A stretch of DNA of 63,329 bases, filler included, from Reticulomyxa filosa (Eukaryota > Protista > Foraminifera), in the NCBI GenBank assembly GCA_000512085.1. It is 20 parts of 20 records of this genome, joined end to end, with 100 filler letters (N's around TTAATTAATTAA, not from the genome) between each part and the next. Parts side by side here need not be neighbours in the genome. Positions count along the whole stretch, not along the records: positions 56,701 to 63,329 come from ASPP01018407.1; 19 more parts are not named here. The stretch is one strand, 5' to 3'. The notes under the pieces were generated by a model that had not been told where the DNA came from, did no database searches, and worked only from the letters and a program-made list of their open reading frames with translations. Positions 61,021-63,329 of this stretch are shown piece after piece; the stretch's first letter is position 1, and every line of letters begins with the position of its first letter. A program made the translations under genes and the position numbers.

Positions 61021-63156
61021 GCAAATAAACATCAAATGTTTTACGGCTAGATCAATCAACGGTTGTGAAAGCAAATTTGGCTATTATCTGTTGAATGGTC
61101 AATGTGAATTACAGTAGAAATGCCAATGTTCAGCCGAAACCTCTGAGCATTGTTTTCAAATTGTTGAAGTATAATTGAAATATTGGTATTCAATTCAACT
61201 CTTTTAACAAATTAAAGCAAACTAAAACAAAAAAAAATTTAAACGCTTATTATTCAAGAAAAGCATTTGATATTGCCATTTCTGCTTATTTAATAAAAAA
61301 GTGTCTAAATTTTGTTCGACATTCTTTCTTGTTGATATTATTTTGTTTCGACTGTTCATTTTGGGTGTTTCGTTCGTTATCTTGTATATATTTGATCTCG
61401 AGCAAAATCACAATATCAGATATCTTAATATTAAAAAAAAATTTTTTATCAGATAAAAAAAATTTTACTAGTTAAAAAAAAATTTGAAAGTATTTTCTTT
61501 GTATCTTTGTCTTTGTTTCTGTTTTCGCAAAAATCTTGTTGACGACGAAAATCGTTGTTAATAATCTAAGATTAACTTCGAATTTCTTTCATATACTTCT
61601 AGATGTTACAGTATCTAGTTGTTATGTGCTTGCCTTCCTTCAAAATACAACTTTTTTTTCAAAAGTTTATCTCGATGATGAAGGATTACTTTATTTTATT
61701 ATTATTTTTTTTTAATATTTCTTTATAAAGTTCAGAATTGACTACGCAATTCATCTTGTAAATACATAATACATTTGTATAGTCATGATAATACTTCGGT
61801 AAACATTTACATTCTGGTATACTAAGTCTTGGTTTTGTTTTTCAAACGTATTTGATTAAATAATCCATACATAAATTAATCTTTATTTCGTCTCTAAAGA
61901 TAGCTTCTTCAAATTATCTACGGTTAATGTTTATTCTGTTTGAAATTTGTTATCAATTGATACTACTAAACAATTTTTTTCTAAAATATAAAAAATACAG
62001 ATTTGTAATATTTTAAAAGTAGTTTAAATGTTTGCTTTTCATGGAGAAAGGTAGCATTTCAGGAGCAATTAAAAAAAAGATACAAATGAAATAAAATATG
62101 ATATTCATTTAATTCCAATTCTGAAGAAATTAGAGAAAAAAAGCATTAATAGAGAAGTTGCAATCTACAAAAAAACTTTCAAACGGATTCATACAAAAAT
62201 TTGCTATTTATTTGACATTATCTATATCGTTTTAAGTTACAAAAAAGTGGCTGTTAATTTGGGTTTATGAATCTACCACAATATTGATAACATCTGAAAT
62301 GCGTCAGCACACTTGAACTTGTGATAATTATTACTACAATTTCGTGTCTTTAATATCACTTGGTAGATTCAAAATAAAAATTGCATTTATATTAGTAAAT
62401 CTGACAAAAACAAATGCATACACAAATTTGAAAAAACGTTATTTTAAAAAATTATACACTTAAAATAGCGCAAGTTTTACAATTAAACTTCAAGAAAAAT
62501 GTCTAAAAGATATGAAATCAGATTATATATTGCAAAAAAATAACAAAACCTTAATTTTGCATCTACGATCTTATGTAGCTGATAATCAACCTCCATATAA
62601 TTGACCAATTTCTGCCACAGATTTTCATAAATTTTTTAAAAGAGAATATGTTTACATGACTCACAGTAAAATGCCTTTCATTTAAATAATGTCTTTTTTT
62701 ATGTGTTTTTTTCCTTTGCTGTGAAGTAAAAAGAAATATACTTTACAATTGCCTGTATTGATTTTCTCTTGGATGGAAATATCATAATTGAACCAATAAG
62801 AAAAACTTAGAGTTTTGATCTTGCCAGAAATTAAGGACGAAAAGGGAGATCAAAATTTGAAAAGTGAGTTTTTTGGACTAAAAGAAGCTGCAACTAAAGA
62901 GGAAAAAAAGACTGTCGTATAGTAAATTGTTATTGGTCAAATTAAACACAATCAATATCCCAAAATTACATGCATAGTCAATATGTGTTTTAAATTTTCA
63001 TGTCGTTTTGACTCGTTGTAGATAATTGATTACTTTGGCAATAGAGTGGATTATTTTTAAAGTTTTAGACAATTTTGAAAGAAGATAATGTACATCATTA
63101 TTTTCAAATGAATCAAGCATTTTGGTTGGTGACAATTGATGTTTTTTTTCAATATA

Positions 63157-63329
63157 CAGTAAGATAAAAAAGAAAGTTGACACCTAAAATGCCACCTTAT
63201 ATAGATGATTGTGTTTCTACATGAAAAAACAACATTTAATCAAAATTTTTTTTAAAAAAATATCTACGAATCGTGTAGTTTTTAGATATCATTTTGGTTT
63301 TTATTAAGTCTTTCCAATTTTTTCAAAAA
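63157..63329 (+). mobile_element. Terminus of the same CAGT-ended TIR family (cut by window end)
   Basis: TA|CAGTAAGATAAAAAAGAAAGTTGACACCTAAAATGCCACCTTATATAGATGAT... continues with similarity to the 37788 left arm. Confidence 0.65.

Overview
This is not one contiguous locus. It is 20 short contigs joined by 19 identical artificial 100-nt spacers (N44-TTAATTAATTAA-N44), so gene order across spacers is meaningless. Nineteen contigs are AT-rich eukaryotic DNA with short spliceosomal introns, homopolymer tracts and poly-N/Q/T coding repeats. The style suggests a rhizarian/foraminiferan such as Reticulomyxa, but that is inference. Recognisable genes, mostly partial: methylmalonyl-CoA mutase, NADP-glutamate dehydrogenase, M17 leucyl aminopeptidase, Rab21, a Tem1/Spg1 GTPase, gamma-tubulin complex protein GCP4, a formin, a CHD-type chromodomain protein, a GDT1/TMEM165 transporter, SAM, C2H2, PH, HVA22 and kelch-like proteins, and a >1400-aa conserved protein. 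Mobile DNA includes a Tc1 transposase remnant, a CAGT-ended TA-target MITE family with one fully palindromic 128-bp copy, and LINE remnants. One contig (29311-30523) is GC-rich bacterial DNA carrying a PAS-GGDEF gene. The strongest leads are: (1) an apparent L-type (legume/ConA-like) lectin domain inserted inside the GRIP2 domain of GCP4; (2) 3' splice sites with A-rich tracts and AAG acceptors instead of polypyrimidine/YAG; (3) a formin with CCDC53-like repeats and no visible FH1; (4) a nested PH architecture; (5) recurrent 1-nt frameshifts in conserved genes, most probably sequencing errors. All domain calls are by-eye motif recognition; no searches were run.
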